Source of the DNA: Minisyncoccota bacterium
Lineage (GTDB): Bacteria > Patescibacteriota > Minisyncoccia > Phycocordibacterales > UBA2100
Direction: 5' to 3'
Length of the DNA stretch: 64,000 nt
NCBI GenBank assembly: GCA_036517195.1
Contig: DATDXU010000002.1
Coordinates: 20,635 to 84,634, forward strand
The position numbers and the translations under genes are program-made. A model generated the notes under the pieces. That model ran no database searches and had not been told where the DNA came from. It worked only from the letters and a program-made list of their open reading frames with translations. The number at the start of each line of letters is the position of its first letter. Position 1 is the stretch's first letter. This document shows, one piece after another, positions 1 to 8,749 of the stretch.

Positions 1-31
1 TGATAGTTCTTATGCTGTTCGTGCGGGCTTT

Positions 32-130
32 TCCGCGGCTTGCCGCGGATTTTTAAACCTTTTTTCGCTCTCCCTGCCTGCCGCAGGTAGGCAGGGCTCA
101 GACATGAGAAAAGAATACTTTTCTCATGTC
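32..130. repeat. REP/BIME-like cluster of GC-rich palindromic hairpins (copy 1): tccgcgg-cttg-ccgcgga (32-49), ccctgcctgccgcaggtaggcaggg (72-96), gacatgagaaaag-aatac-ttttctcatgtc (101-130)
   Basis: Perfect or near-perfect inverted repeats are read directly from the sequence. The 72-96 palindrome and its left flank (tttcgctct...) recur, about 85% identical and in opposite orientation, at 10988-11040. The region is non-coding and lies downstream of the DUF58 gene. Confidence 0.5.
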
Positions 131-150
131 GTTTGCTCTGCGTCGGCGAT

Positions 151-185
151 AAAAAAAGACCCCTCGGATAAGTACCAAGGGGTTA
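151..185 (-). terminator. rho-independent terminator of the DUF58/MoxR unit
   Basis: On the minus strand, hairpin aaccccttggtacttatccgaggggtc is followed by tttttttat. It sits immediately 3' of the stop at 188. Confidence 0.6.
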
Positions 186-187
186 AC

Positions 188-1084
188 TCACATTTTTTCA
201 TCCATGTGCCGATTCCACTGCTTGTAAAAGCTTTGGAACGATTCTTTTTCAGCTAGAGGAACGGTTACAACGGAGAGATTACACGCTCCTCCATACTCGC
301 GCAACACGCGAATGCGTTCATGAAATGCCTGTACTTCGCGTTCAATTGCTCCACCGCGTCTCATATCACAGATTTTAACTTTGCCGTCTTTTGGATTTTG
401 CAATGCAATCGAATGTCGAGTTGGGATGAATTTGCTCCACTCGTCGAGCACCACCGCATACACCTCGACACTTCGTTCACTATCAATGCCGCGCAGTGAT
501 TCAAGCGGCATAGAGGAGAGTGATGCGAGATCGGTAAGGAATACAACTAACGTATTCTTGAGTTTGAGTTCGTCTATAAGTTCTGGCAATGTGTGCGCGG
601 AAGACCGAAGTTGCAGTCTGTAGTCTGCCTTGTCGGCAGAGTCAAGGAAGGCGTGGAGGTCGCTTTCTTGTGAAAGCCAACCCGAATGTATCATGTGCGG
701 GCCCCCGATGCCGATAACCGCGAGTATGTTTTGAGATGCGAATGTCACGCGTCCCAAAAGAGAAAGGATAGCCATAGCACACGCGGATTTCTTTTTTGGG
801 TACAACATTGTTTCATGCTCATCGGCGATAACAAGAACGTGGATTTGGTGCTCGGGTGCGAATTCCCTCACTACCAAATCCACGCTTTCCGGTTGTCTGG
901 CCGATGCCATCCAATCCACATCGCGGGCAGAATCACCCTCCTGAAATTCGCGAAGTCCAAGAAATTCAATTCCGCGACCTCGTGCCATACTTTGCTCAAA
1001 ACCGAGAGAGATTTCTTTCCTAACCGATTCGAGCGCAAGCGTGACATCTCTAGGCAGAGGTTTGCCACTTTGTATGTTCCACAT
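188..1084 (-). CDS. DUF58-family protein (MoxR-associated, vWA-like fold)
   Basis: Contains the ...GIEFLGLREFQEGDSARDVDWMASAR... signature of DUF58 (GxxFxxxReYxxGDDxRxIDW). Start is placed at the ATG at 1084 (MWNIQ...), which has an upstream GGTGAGG SD lying in the end of moxR. The ORF is open up to 1162, so a start at 1111 is also possible. Confidence 0.8.
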   Translation of the reverse strand: MWNIQSGKPLPRDVTLALESVRKEISLGFEQSMARGRGIEFLGLREFQEGDSARDVDWMASARQPESVDLVVREFAPEHQIHVLVIADEHETMLYPKKKSACAMAILSLLGRVTFASQNILAVIGIGGPHMIHSGWLSQESDLHAFLDSADKADYRLQLRSSAHTLPELIDELKLKNTLVVFLTDLASLSSMPLESLRGIDSERSVEVYAVVLDEWSKFIPTRHSIALQNPKDGKVKICDMRRGGAIEREVQAFHERIRVLREYGGACNLSVVTVPLAEKESFQSFYKQWNRHMDEKM

Positions 1085-1088
1085 GCCC

Positions 1089-2330
1089 TCACCTTTTTTC
1101 CGCATATACATGGTTCCATACAACGTCGATAATTTCTTGCAAGATGAACTCTGCCATGGCACTTCTGCCGGTACGACCGAATTTTTTCCTCAATTCTTCC
1201 CTCATGTTTTCATGGGTCGACAGGGCATGGGGTGTCAGGTCTGTTCTATGCCGTATAACTGGTCGCAGGATTTCTTGTACATCCGCGAACGTGACGTAAT
1301 TTCTGTATCGTAGTGCCGCAATTGCGCGAGCAGCACCCTCCAAATGTGTAATACTGCGCCCGCTTAGAATCATGGTTCCGGGCCGTATCACTGCCTCGTT
1401 TTGGGGGAGCTGTAGGCGTTGCCGCAGTTTCTGCAGGAGGCAACCTTGGTCAATGGTGTTTAACGTTACCGCAAGTCCAGCCATGAAGTCTTCCATCTCG
1501 TCAGATATATGCACTGTTTCATGGAAGAAGAGGCGCGCTTTCACAATATCTTCATACGATCCTATTTTCGCTAATCGCATTTTTTGAAAGGTTCGCGTTC
1601 TTTTCAGGATCGTGCGGTAGTCTTCGCGGGTGAATGGTTTTTCAATCGCTTCAAACATAAAGCGGTCCCGCAGCGCGTCGGGCAACTTTTGGACACCTGC
1701 TGACTCGTCTGGGTTGTCGGTTGCAATGACGAACGGGTTCGCGATATGTTTTACACCGCGTATATGAACTTTTCCTTCGGACATTGACTCCAAGATGCCA
1801 GAGAGAGAGCGCGGACTGACACGCCTCATCTCGTCGAACAGGAGGATCTGGCTAAAAATGGGCCCCGGAACAAACTCCCGCCTTCTTTCATCGGGACCGC
1901 CAAATAGCATTTCCTGTCCCGTAATGTCTGTGGGCAAAAGTTCATTCGTGCCCTGAATTCTTTTGAAATCAGCCCCGACAATTTTTCGCGGTGTCATCCC
2001 AAGGAGGGACTTACCGGTGCCGGGAGGTCCAACAATATGAACGTGACCAGGGCCGAGGTGGTCTGGGTCTCTGTCGCCAATGGCGAACATGCCGATTAGG
2101 GTAACCAGCGTGGGCGCTCGTTGTCCGACGATGACTCGCCTGTATTGCGTTAGAAGCGGGTACATGAGACCGAGTACATGTCTGAGGTGTTCCTCGCCGC
2201 ACGTGGCGCCATTTTCCGGATAATATGTATCCATCTCTATATCTAACCCAGAAGGCAAAAATCGCCTGGCCTCCTCTTTTGTTACCAGAGGATGCTTGGC
2301 TTCTGCAGGTCCGCTTCTTTCGAATGCCAT
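1089..2330 (-). CDS. MoxR-family AAA+ ATPase
   Basis: Walker A GPPGTGKS and Walker B LLFDEMRRVSP, with the MoxR-like architecture. A strong SD (aagaggag) sits 8 nt before the ATG at 2330. There is an N-terminal extension of about 55 aa relative to typical MoxR. Confidence 0.88.
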   Translation of the reverse strand: MAFERSGPAEAKHPLVTKEEARRFLPSGLDIEMDTYYPENGATCGEEHLRHVLGLMYPLLTQYRRVIVGQRAPTLVTLIGMFAIGDRDPDHLGPGHVHIVGPPGTGKSLLGMTPRKIVGADFKRIQGTNELLPTDITGQEMLFGGPDERRREFVPGPIFSQILLFDEMRRVSPRSLSGILESMSEGKVHIRGVKHIANPFVIATDNPDESAGVQKLPDALRDRFMFEAIEKPFTREDYRTILKRTRTFQKMRLAKIGSYEDIVKARLFFHETVHISDEMEDFMAGLAVTLNTIDQGCLLQKLRQRLQLPQNEAVIRPGTMILSGRSITHLEGAARAIAALRYRNYVTFADVQEILRPVIRHRTDLTPHALSTHENMREELRKKFGRTGRSAMAEFILQEIIDVVWNHVYAEKR

Positions 2331-2440
2331 CGCACGCTCCTCTTTTTGATGGGTATTGTGGTGTCAGAGACCACTCTCATTAGAGTGTAGTGAGATTACA
2401 ACACACTGTCTATATGAGTGAAAACTAGAACACATAATAT

Positions 2441-2477
2441 AAAAAAAGAAAGAGCAGCTGTGGAGTAGCCGCTCTTT
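2441..2477 (-). terminator. rho-independent terminator after the HtrA-like gene
   Basis: On the minus strand, hairpin aaagagcggctactccacagctgctcttt is followed by a T-run (ctttcttttttt). Confidence 0.6.
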
Positions 2478-2489
2478 GCTATGTTTCAC

Positions 2490-3593
2490 TCATTTACCTA
2501 AGACGTAGGGTTCCAATACCATTTCACGACCCAATTTTTGTGTCCCGCGTTCAGTTGAAACTCGTACGCGTGTTCCTGGGGCAAGCTTGAAAAATGTTAC
2601 TTCCGCGAGTTCTCCGGCATGTGTGAAGGGGATGGTAACCCAACGTTCTTCACTGCCGACTTCAAATTTGACAATGGTGTCGCCGGCTAACATTCCCGCG
2701 CGAGCGGCCGGAGAATCCGGAGCGATGCGTAACACCACGACTCCCGATTTTTCCGGCGGATACTGGCCTTTCAATTTCAATTCAAACCAGTATGGATTGA
2801 CGCGTTCCGTGTCTGCAATCTGCCATCCTATACGCGCGTGAGAAACGGTGCGTTCCGCTTCCAGTTTCGGGAGTAAGAGGTCAACGACACGCGCGTGGAG
2901 ACTATAGCCAATGTTGCCGATAGTCTTTGCGTTCTCACTTTTGGAGACAGCAACCGCCGTATTCATACCAACGAACTCAAGGGCAAGTGGATAGGCGGTG
3001 GTTAGTGCAGAGTATCGCACGAGTGCTCCGCCTGACGAGCCGGGGGCGATGGGTGCCTGATGGCTGAAAAATAAGTCAAATCCACTTGATTGGGCGAGGG
3101 CCGACGTCTCTGAAACCACAAGACCGTACGAAATGGTTCGTGCCCCAGACGGGTACCCGATTGCATATACGGGATCCCCAACGTGGGCAGGAAGCGCCGC
3201 AAGTGGAAGCGGTATCGCAAAGCGCGTGAGCGGGTTTGGTGTCGCAAGAAGCGCGATGTCTACAAGTGGGTCAACGCCGAGCACCTGTACCTTATGCGCG
3301 AACGGTTCGCCATCGAACTGCACATACACGTGAGTTGCCTGACCCACGACATGTGCGTTACTTATGATTCGTGCCGTGCCGTCTTGCGTACGCACCAACC
3401 ATCCGGATCCGCTGCTTAAAGCGGGTTCCGCATCTTCCTTGACTTCCGCGGCGTACACCTTTACGACAAAGCGATGCATGTTTTTGTCGATACGTTGCAT
3501 TACCTCTTGCGGTGATTCTGTCAACGCATTGCTTCGCTCAGCAAAGCAGACCACGAGAGCGATGATTGCAATCGCCTGGAATATTCTTTTCAT
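2490..3593 (-). CDS. HtrA/DegP-like trypsin-fold serine protease with C-terminal PDZ domain, secreted
   Basis: N-terminal signal peptide (MKRIFQAIAIIALVVCFAERSNA). Catalytic-serine motif APGSSGGALV (GDSGGP-like), with His and Asp regions upstream. The C-terminal PDZ-like segment is VVVLRIAPDSPAARAGMLAGDTIV. The ORF can also start at a TTG at 3599. Confidence 0.82.
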   Translation of the reverse strand: MKRIFQAIAIIALVVCFAERSNALTESPQEVMQRIDKNMHRFVVKVYAAEVKEDAEPALSSGSGWLVRTQDGTARIISNAHVVGQATHVYVQFDGEPFAHKVQVLGVDPLVDIALLATPNPLTRFAIPLPLAALPAHVGDPVYAIGYPSGARTISYGLVVSETSALAQSSGFDLFFSHQAPIAPGSSGGALVRYSALTTAYPLALEFVGMNTAVAVSKSENAKTIGNIGYSLHARVVDLLLPKLEAERTVSHARIGWQIADTERVNPYWFELKLKGQYPPEKSGVVVLRIAPDSPAARAGMLAGDTIVKFEVGSEERWVTIPFTHAGELAEVTFFKLAPGTRVRVSTERGTQKLGREMVLEPYVLGK

Positions 3594-3703
3594 GCCCAAG
3601 TTCCTCGCTGTTCCCTATGTATCTTCGTTCACGCTACCTTCTCTCCTCCTTTAACGCAAGTTCCGCCATGGGTGCGGGGCTATGGTCACCGGGTATAAGA
3701 CAA

Positions 3704-3740
3704 GTGCAAAAGAAAATCCCCTACGCGTCTGGCGTAGGGG
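3704..3740 (-). terminator. rho-independent terminator after the batA-like gene (overlaps its last codons)
   Basis: On the minus strand, cccctacgccagacgcgtagggg is followed by attttcttttg. Confidence 0.6.
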
Positions 3741-4917
3741 AATGATTGATGCGTCCTAAGAATCGCATGAATGTTTTAAAGGACGCGCGCACAGAAGAAA
3801 GTAGCTTTGTGACGTATCCAAACACGATACATGCCACGAGAAGCGCGGGAATCAAAAACCAGTGTCCAATGGGTGTGTTGTGTACACGGGTTTCTGTTCG
3901 TATTGTTTTCCTGTGTTCCAGAATTGCTTGTTTCAGGTGCCCAATGAGGTCATCTTTGTTCGTGTAGTGCACATACCGATCCTTTCCTGAGATTTCTGTG
4001 AGAACTTTTTCATCAAGTTCGGAGAATAGTGGTTTGCTTTTTGGATTGCTCGGATCTTCAAGAGCGTATCCGGCAAACGCACCGGTTTTGTCTCGCGCGA
4101 TGAGCGGAACTCTCACACTCTTTCTGACCTCTGTTCCATCTTCTGATTTCGTGATTTCAACTTTCCCAATGCCGACCGTGTAGACAATTGTGTGTGGCAC
4201 GCGTCGCAATAGTGATGTGATGTGCTGGAGATCTTTGTAATTTCCTTCCTCTTTTCCTCCATCTGAAACCAGAACGACAATGTCCACCGTATCTTGATCG
4301 GGCGACGGGTGGCTTTTCACCATTCGTTCATACTCTTTGAACGCCCCAAGAATGTAGGTTCCCGGGTCGTTTATGGTCGTCTCATCTATTGCATCGATTG
4401 CGTCGATGAATTCGTCATAACTGTTTGAGAACGGCATGTAAGGGATGGCTGAACCCGCGAACGGTATGATCGCGCGATAGTAGGTGCCGCGCAGTTCTGG
4501 ATCTTTTTCAGTCATAGTTGCGAAATCCGCAAGTACGGATTTCGCCGCCGTTAAACGGTCCGGGAACGGTAGAACGTCGTGTGCCCACTTCATGGAAGGG
4601 GAGACGTCTTTCAGGAATGCTATGCGCACTCCTCCATAGACGGGACTTTTGGCTCTCGTTTGCCACAGGGGTTCTGCCCATACGAAAACGAGGCACGCCA
4701 TCACAAGCGAATATCCTACGGTGCGCGTAGCATATGCGAGCACGCGCGGGTCCGCCTCTTCTTTGTGGAGGGCTAGGAAACTATTGTTCCGTAACACTCT
4801 TTTCGTTGCCACGAAGTGCCACATGAAGAGTGCAACAATCGCGGGAAGCAGAAGTGCGAGCGCGAGAATCTTTTCTGGATGAAGAAACGTGACAGGTAGC
4901 CAGAGTATTTCGGGCAT
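3721..4917 (-). CDS. BatA-like membrane-anchored von Willebrand factor A (vWA) domain protein
   Basis: Begins with TM helices; MIDAS motif DVSPSM (DxSxS) and vWA core DIVVLVSDGG. Start is chosen at the ATG at 4917 (MPEILWLP...), which has a GGAGG SD, rather than the longer ORF to 5124 that would overlap the upstream gene. Confidence 0.8.
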   Translation of the reverse strand: MPEILWLPVTFLHPEKILALALLLPAIVALFMWHFVATKRVLRNNSFLALHKEEADPRVLAYATRTVGYSLVMACLVFVWAEPLWQTRAKSPVYGGVRIAFLKDVSPSMKWAHDVLPFPDRLTAAKSVLADFATMTEKDPELRGTYYRAIIPFAGSAIPYMPFSNSYDEFIDAIDAIDETTINDPGTYILGAFKEYERMVKSHPSPDQDTVDIVVLVSDGGKEEGNYKDLQHITSLLRRVPHTIVYTVGIGKVEITKSEDGTEVRKSVRVPLIARDKTGAFAGYALEDPSNPKSKPLFSELDEKVLTEISGKDRYVHYTNKDDLIGHLKQAILEHRKTIRTETRVHNTPIGHWFLIPALLVACIVFGYVTKLLSSVRASFKTFMRFLGRINHSPTPDA

Positions 4918-4978
4918 GTGTTCCTCCTTGAAAAAATGCCCCGATAGAAGCACGTTGCTTCCATCGGGGCTGTGATGG

Positions 4979-5749
4979 TTAGTGCCGTCGCGGACGATTG
5001 CTGCCTCCGGAGCCTGGTCCATCAGGATTCGCTCGTGGGGGAAGAGCTCGGGGACGATCGGGCGCGCCATCTCGCGTGCCGCGCCGGTTCTCTTCTTCTT
5101 GCGCTCGTTTGTAGAGAAATTCAATTGCTTCCTCTATCCCGATGCGCTTTGGAGCGAGTGCGTTCGCGCTCTGCAGATTTTTCATAGCATCATCGAGAAT
5201 GTCGAGCGCTTTGTCGTGCTCTTCTTTCCGAATGAATGCCAGCGAGCGATATTTTTCGTACGCCTTTCGATACTGGAGCGCCACGTTCCACTCAAGTGAA
5301 TTTTCCTTGCGTTCCAGCTTTCCAAGAAGTGCGTTCGCGCGCTCATGGAGCGCGCGCGCTTTGTTCAGATTCTCTTCAATGCCTGGGTCCTTGGCGTTTG
5401 CCCCGTAGAGTTCACCCGCGTTTCTTAACAGGCGATCTCGCTCGCCCGTTACCGCCTCGAGCATTCCAATAGTTGCGCGGTCGCTAGACGATATTTTTTC
5501 GCTGGGAGGTAGGGTGTGTACGAATGCGAGCACACCTTCCCACTCCTCTACAGTACGAGCACTTTCGGCGAGCTGTTCTGCTTTGCCGATGGTTTCGTCA
5601 TGTTGTTTCCACATGGCGAGGACCTGTTTTACACGCGCCGTGTGTCGCTTCTCGTTTGTGTCGACGTTTGAAGAAACCCAGGACATTCCTGCCCCGATGA
5701 GTGTTCCAAACGCCACACACAGCACGAGCGTGCGGTTTTGTAGGGTCAT
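4979..5749 (-). CDS. TPR/helical-repeat protein (BatC-like position in the cluster), N-terminal TM/signal
   Basis: N-terminal hydrophobic segment; helical, repeat-like composition (ALEYKRAYEKYRSLAF...); proline-rich basic tail. Overlaps the upstream vWA gene stop by 4 nt (5746-5749). Confidence 0.6.
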   Translation of the reverse strand: MTLQNRTLVLCVAFGTLIGAGMSWVSSNVDTNEKRHTARVKQVLAMWKQHDETIGKAEQLAESARTVEEWEGVLAFVHTLPPSEKISSSDRATIGMLEAVTGERDRLLRNAGELYGANAKDPGIEENLNKARALHERANALLGKLERKENSLEWNVALQYRKAYEKYRSLAFIRKEEHDKALDILDDAMKNLQSANALAPKRIGIEEAIEFLYKRAQEEENRRGTRDGAPDRPRALPPRANPDGPGSGGSNRPRRH

Positions 5750-6963
5750 GTGCTAATCCCTCCTTTTCCAATGGTACGCCCGAAGGGCGAGAGTGTTGCC
5801 GCAAGCCCAAGTAAGAGACAGAGGAAAGAGATGCTCGCAAAGAGCGATGTATAACTTTCCCTCTCCCACCGTTTTGCTGTGGACACCACACGAAAACGCG
5901 CAGAGAGAATTTTTTCCACAATCGCATCCATATCCTCGAAGTTTTGTTCACCCTTCAGAAGATAGAATGCCCCTCGATTCGGCCCGCCCACGGGACCGGA
6001 TCCTGTTTTTTCTGCAAGCTTCCGCACAACTTCATGATCTCGATAGATAGAAATGATGTAGATGGGGAGTTCGATGAATTCTGCCAATTGCATCATTTTT
6101 ATGAGAGACACGGGGGATTTGTGTAGCCGACCTTCGAATTGGCCCTCGTGAGCATCGGTGATGATGATGAAGGCCGTGTCTTTGAGGTCGGCACGCAGTC
6201 CTTCCAATTTTGCTTTGAGCGCGCGGGGAACAGCGTAACGTGTGTTTCCTGACTCTGGATAGAGCGAGAGCGCGAGCGCTCTCCGGTCTCCGTCGTCAAG
6301 CGGGACGACTCCATCCGCGCGTCTGAAGTTTTTCTGAAGCGCAACTTGAAACATATCCCACAATGCCAGGTGGTACTCGGTATAGATTCCCGTCCGCGGG
6401 TCTCTCCAATTTATTTCACGCATGAGTGTGCGTGCCCGTTCATAATCTGTGGAGCCATATAGTTCCACAAACGAAAACAAACCGAATCGTAACAGTCCTA
6501 TTTTGTCCTGACTGCCATCGTTCTTTTTCTTCACATAGGCTTCCATCGCGTCAATGATTTTGAACATTGCGCGGCATGCGTTAAAGATGCGCGGATAGGC
6601 CCGCTTAAGACCTTTGTCGGTGCAGTGAATCGGTGGACCGCTGGCGTCGAAGCCATACATTGAACTCGAATTATCGAGCGTTGTGTATAGTCGGTTCGTC
6701 GCATACTGGTCTTGTGCGACAGTGTACCTGCGTGTTATGTCTGAGAGCGCAAGGACGATACACAAGGCGCAGAGAAAGAAAAAGAGCCGTGGGACGATGA
6801 TTCTGGGTTGAAGTTGAAGCGGCGATGTATGCCCGCTCCACCCCTTCACCACGGCTCCTACTTTTTGTACCCCGAGTGTCGCACCGAGAAGTAGCGGCAC
6901 AAGAAGAAAGAGTGCTGGATAGAATCCGATTTCAAGTCCGAATAGTGTTGCGGAGTACCCCAT
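5746..6963 (-). CDS. BatB/BatA-like membrane vWA-domain protein
   Basis: Two N-terminal TM helices, then the MIDAS motif LDNSSSM (DxSxS). The start overlaps the stop of the upstream BatD-like gene. Confidence 0.8.
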   Translation of the reverse strand: MGYSATLFGLEIGFYPALFLLVPLLLGATLGVQKVGAVVKGWSGHTSPLQLQPRIIVPRLFFFLCALCIVLALSDITRRYTVAQDQYATNRLYTTLDNSSSMYGFDASGPPIHCTDKGLKRAYPRIFNACRAMFKIIDAMEAYVKKKNDGSQDKIGLLRFGLFSFVELYGSTDYERARTLMREINWRDPRTGIYTEYHLALWDMFQVALQKNFRRADGVVPLDDGDRRALALSLYPESGNTRYAVPRALKAKLEGLRADLKDTAFIIITDAHEGQFEGRLHKSPVSLIKMMQLAEFIELPIYIISIYRDHEVVRKLAEKTGSGPVGGPNRGAFYLLKGEQNFEDMDAIVEKILSARFRVVSTAKRWERESYTSLFASISFLCLLLGLAATLSPFGRTIGKGGIST

Positions 6964-8642
6964 TAGGCACCTCGTTTTCCATCAAGTTGAAGGGCGAGTG
7001 TTTTGATCGTGTTGTATGTATCGTCGAAGATCGTGCGCAGTACGACTGAATCTTGTTTTGCAAATCCACGCGCGTTGCGTGATTCGATATGTTCGAATAG
7101 TTTTTCGAACCCGCCTTCTGGCGTGAAGATGAAATAAGCCTTCTTGTTTTCATGTGTTTCAAGAAGTTTTTTAACATCTTGATAGGTAACGTTATTTTCT
7201 GGAAACCTCGAATCATATGCGTGCAGTATGTGCGATAGAGCGTCATGCAAATACTGCATTGCCAGTACGGCGCCCTTCTCTTTCCTTGCCTTTTCATAGA
7301 GTTCCTCAAGACGGATTTTATAGGTATCCGGAGTGCCCGAGAACATACGTGGCGCTATACGGACACCGAGCTCGGTAAGTGCGAGCGCAATCAGGATACC
7401 TGATGCGGCGATGCTTACCCACAACACGCTCTTGAGTGCTTTTCGCCCGCCCAGCGGTTTTGCGATGACGTCAAACCAGGCGTGTTCGGGCGACGGTAAG
7501 GCGCGCGGGTTTTTTTGAGGTTTGATAGTCGGAAAAAGATATGCTTCCGGCATATCTTCGAGCTTGTAACGCTCATCTATGTGCGGGCGGACAAAAAATG
7601 TCGTCGCCCGCACGGATGCCACGCGAGGAATCCCCTTGTACTGATAGGGAATCTGAAAGCTCGGAATGCTCCACTCCGTCTCCGGCGCATAGAGCCCCAT
7701 GGTGTACCTGTGTTCAAGGTACCATTCGTTGGGCCCCACCTGGCGACGTTCACTTTTTTGAAGATCTGAAACTTCCCAAAATGATGTTTGTGGAAGTTTC
7801 CCAAGCGCTACCGGCGCAAAGGTTCCTTGCATGAGCTCTGGAATATCTGTCGTCTCGATCACGACGTCACCTTCCTTGCCGAATATACGCACCCCAAGTG
7901 TTACGGTTCGTTTTTCGCCGACCGTTCCGGACACGGGAGTGACAGAAACGGTTGCGATAACTGGCGCGTGCAGGAATGCGAATTTCGGATACGCGCGCTT
8001 CACCCACACGGCGTTTGATGTATTCGTGAGATTCGCGAGAGAGAGCGCGTGAAGGGGAATTTTTTTGTCGCCCAAGAAAAACATGTTTTTGAACGACACG
8101 TGCCACGTCCCGTTTTCGGGAGTGATTTCACGCAGAGCCATGTCCTCACCAAAAAGTTCTTCGAGGGCCGCCTTCACGGTGTTTCCCGCCATGGGGGTTG
8201 TGGTTTGAATGTACATTCCATCAACCACTGCCTCCATTCCGTCAACGATGAATACGGGAGCGCTGTCGAGTGTCGCGTCTGCCGCGATACGTTGAAGGAT
8301 ACGGACCATGTCGCTTGCGTCTTGACCAGGTATGAATTCGAGTGCGAATTCCGCTCCCGAGCTCGTACTTTGAATGTCTTTGATCGCAAGCGGAGCATAG
8401 CGCTCCAAATGCTTTATGGAGGTCACTGTCTTTTGGCCTCGAAACCGCACGACAACTGACGGCGCAAGCCGTAGTGGCATACGCAATCCATTCGCCGAAA
8501 AGTAATAGAACTCTTCGCGCGAAATAATGCGCTGTTTTACTGGTGTGGTGGCGACTCGTGTCTCTGGAGGCGTTGTTTGTGCCATGCCCGAACCCGAAGA
8601 GAGGGCGAGGGCTAAGGCACAGAAGGCCAAAATGTGCCTCAT
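6963..8642 (-). CDS. BatD-like protein (signal peptide, large extracytoplasmic domain, one C-proximal TM helix, cytoplasmic tail)
   Basis: Signal peptide MRHILAFCALALALSSGSGMAQ. TM helix near residue 410 (VLWVSIAASGILIALALTELGV), followed by a roughly 125-aa tail. The assignment rests on topology and position in a Bat-type cluster. SD is taggagtaa. Confidence 0.6.
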   Translation of the reverse strand: MRHILAFCALALALSSGSGMAQTTPPETRVATTPVKQRIISREEFYYFSANGLRMPLRLAPSVVVRFRGQKTVTSIKHLERYAPLAIKDIQSTSSGAEFALEFIPGQDASDMVRILQRIAADATLDSAPVFIVDGMEAVVDGMYIQTTTPMAGNTVKAALEELFGEDMALREITPENGTWHVSFKNMFFLGDKKIPLHALSLANLTNTSNAVWVKRAYPKFAFLHAPVIATVSVTPVSGTVGEKRTVTLGVRIFGKEGDVVIETTDIPELMQGTFAPVALGKLPQTSFWEVSDLQKSERRQVGPNEWYLEHRYTMGLYAPETEWSIPSFQIPYQYKGIPRVASVRATTFFVRPHIDERYKLEDMPEAYLFPTIKPQKNPRALPSPEHAWFDVIAKPLGGRKALKSVLWVSIAASGILIALALTELGVRIAPRMFSGTPDTYKIRLEELYEKARKEKGAVLAMQYLHDALSHILHAYDSRFPENNVTYQDVKKLLETHENKKAYFIFTPEGGFEKLFEHIESRNARGFAKQDSVVLRTIFDDTYNTIKTLALQLDGKRGA

Positions 8643-8749
8643 GTGTTTATTTACTCCTATACTGTAGAGTCAATGATCACTACTTCGGATACTATATTGT
8701 ATTTTGCCCTCTCGCAATCATGGGGGGCTTGCCATGGGTTTAATGCCTT

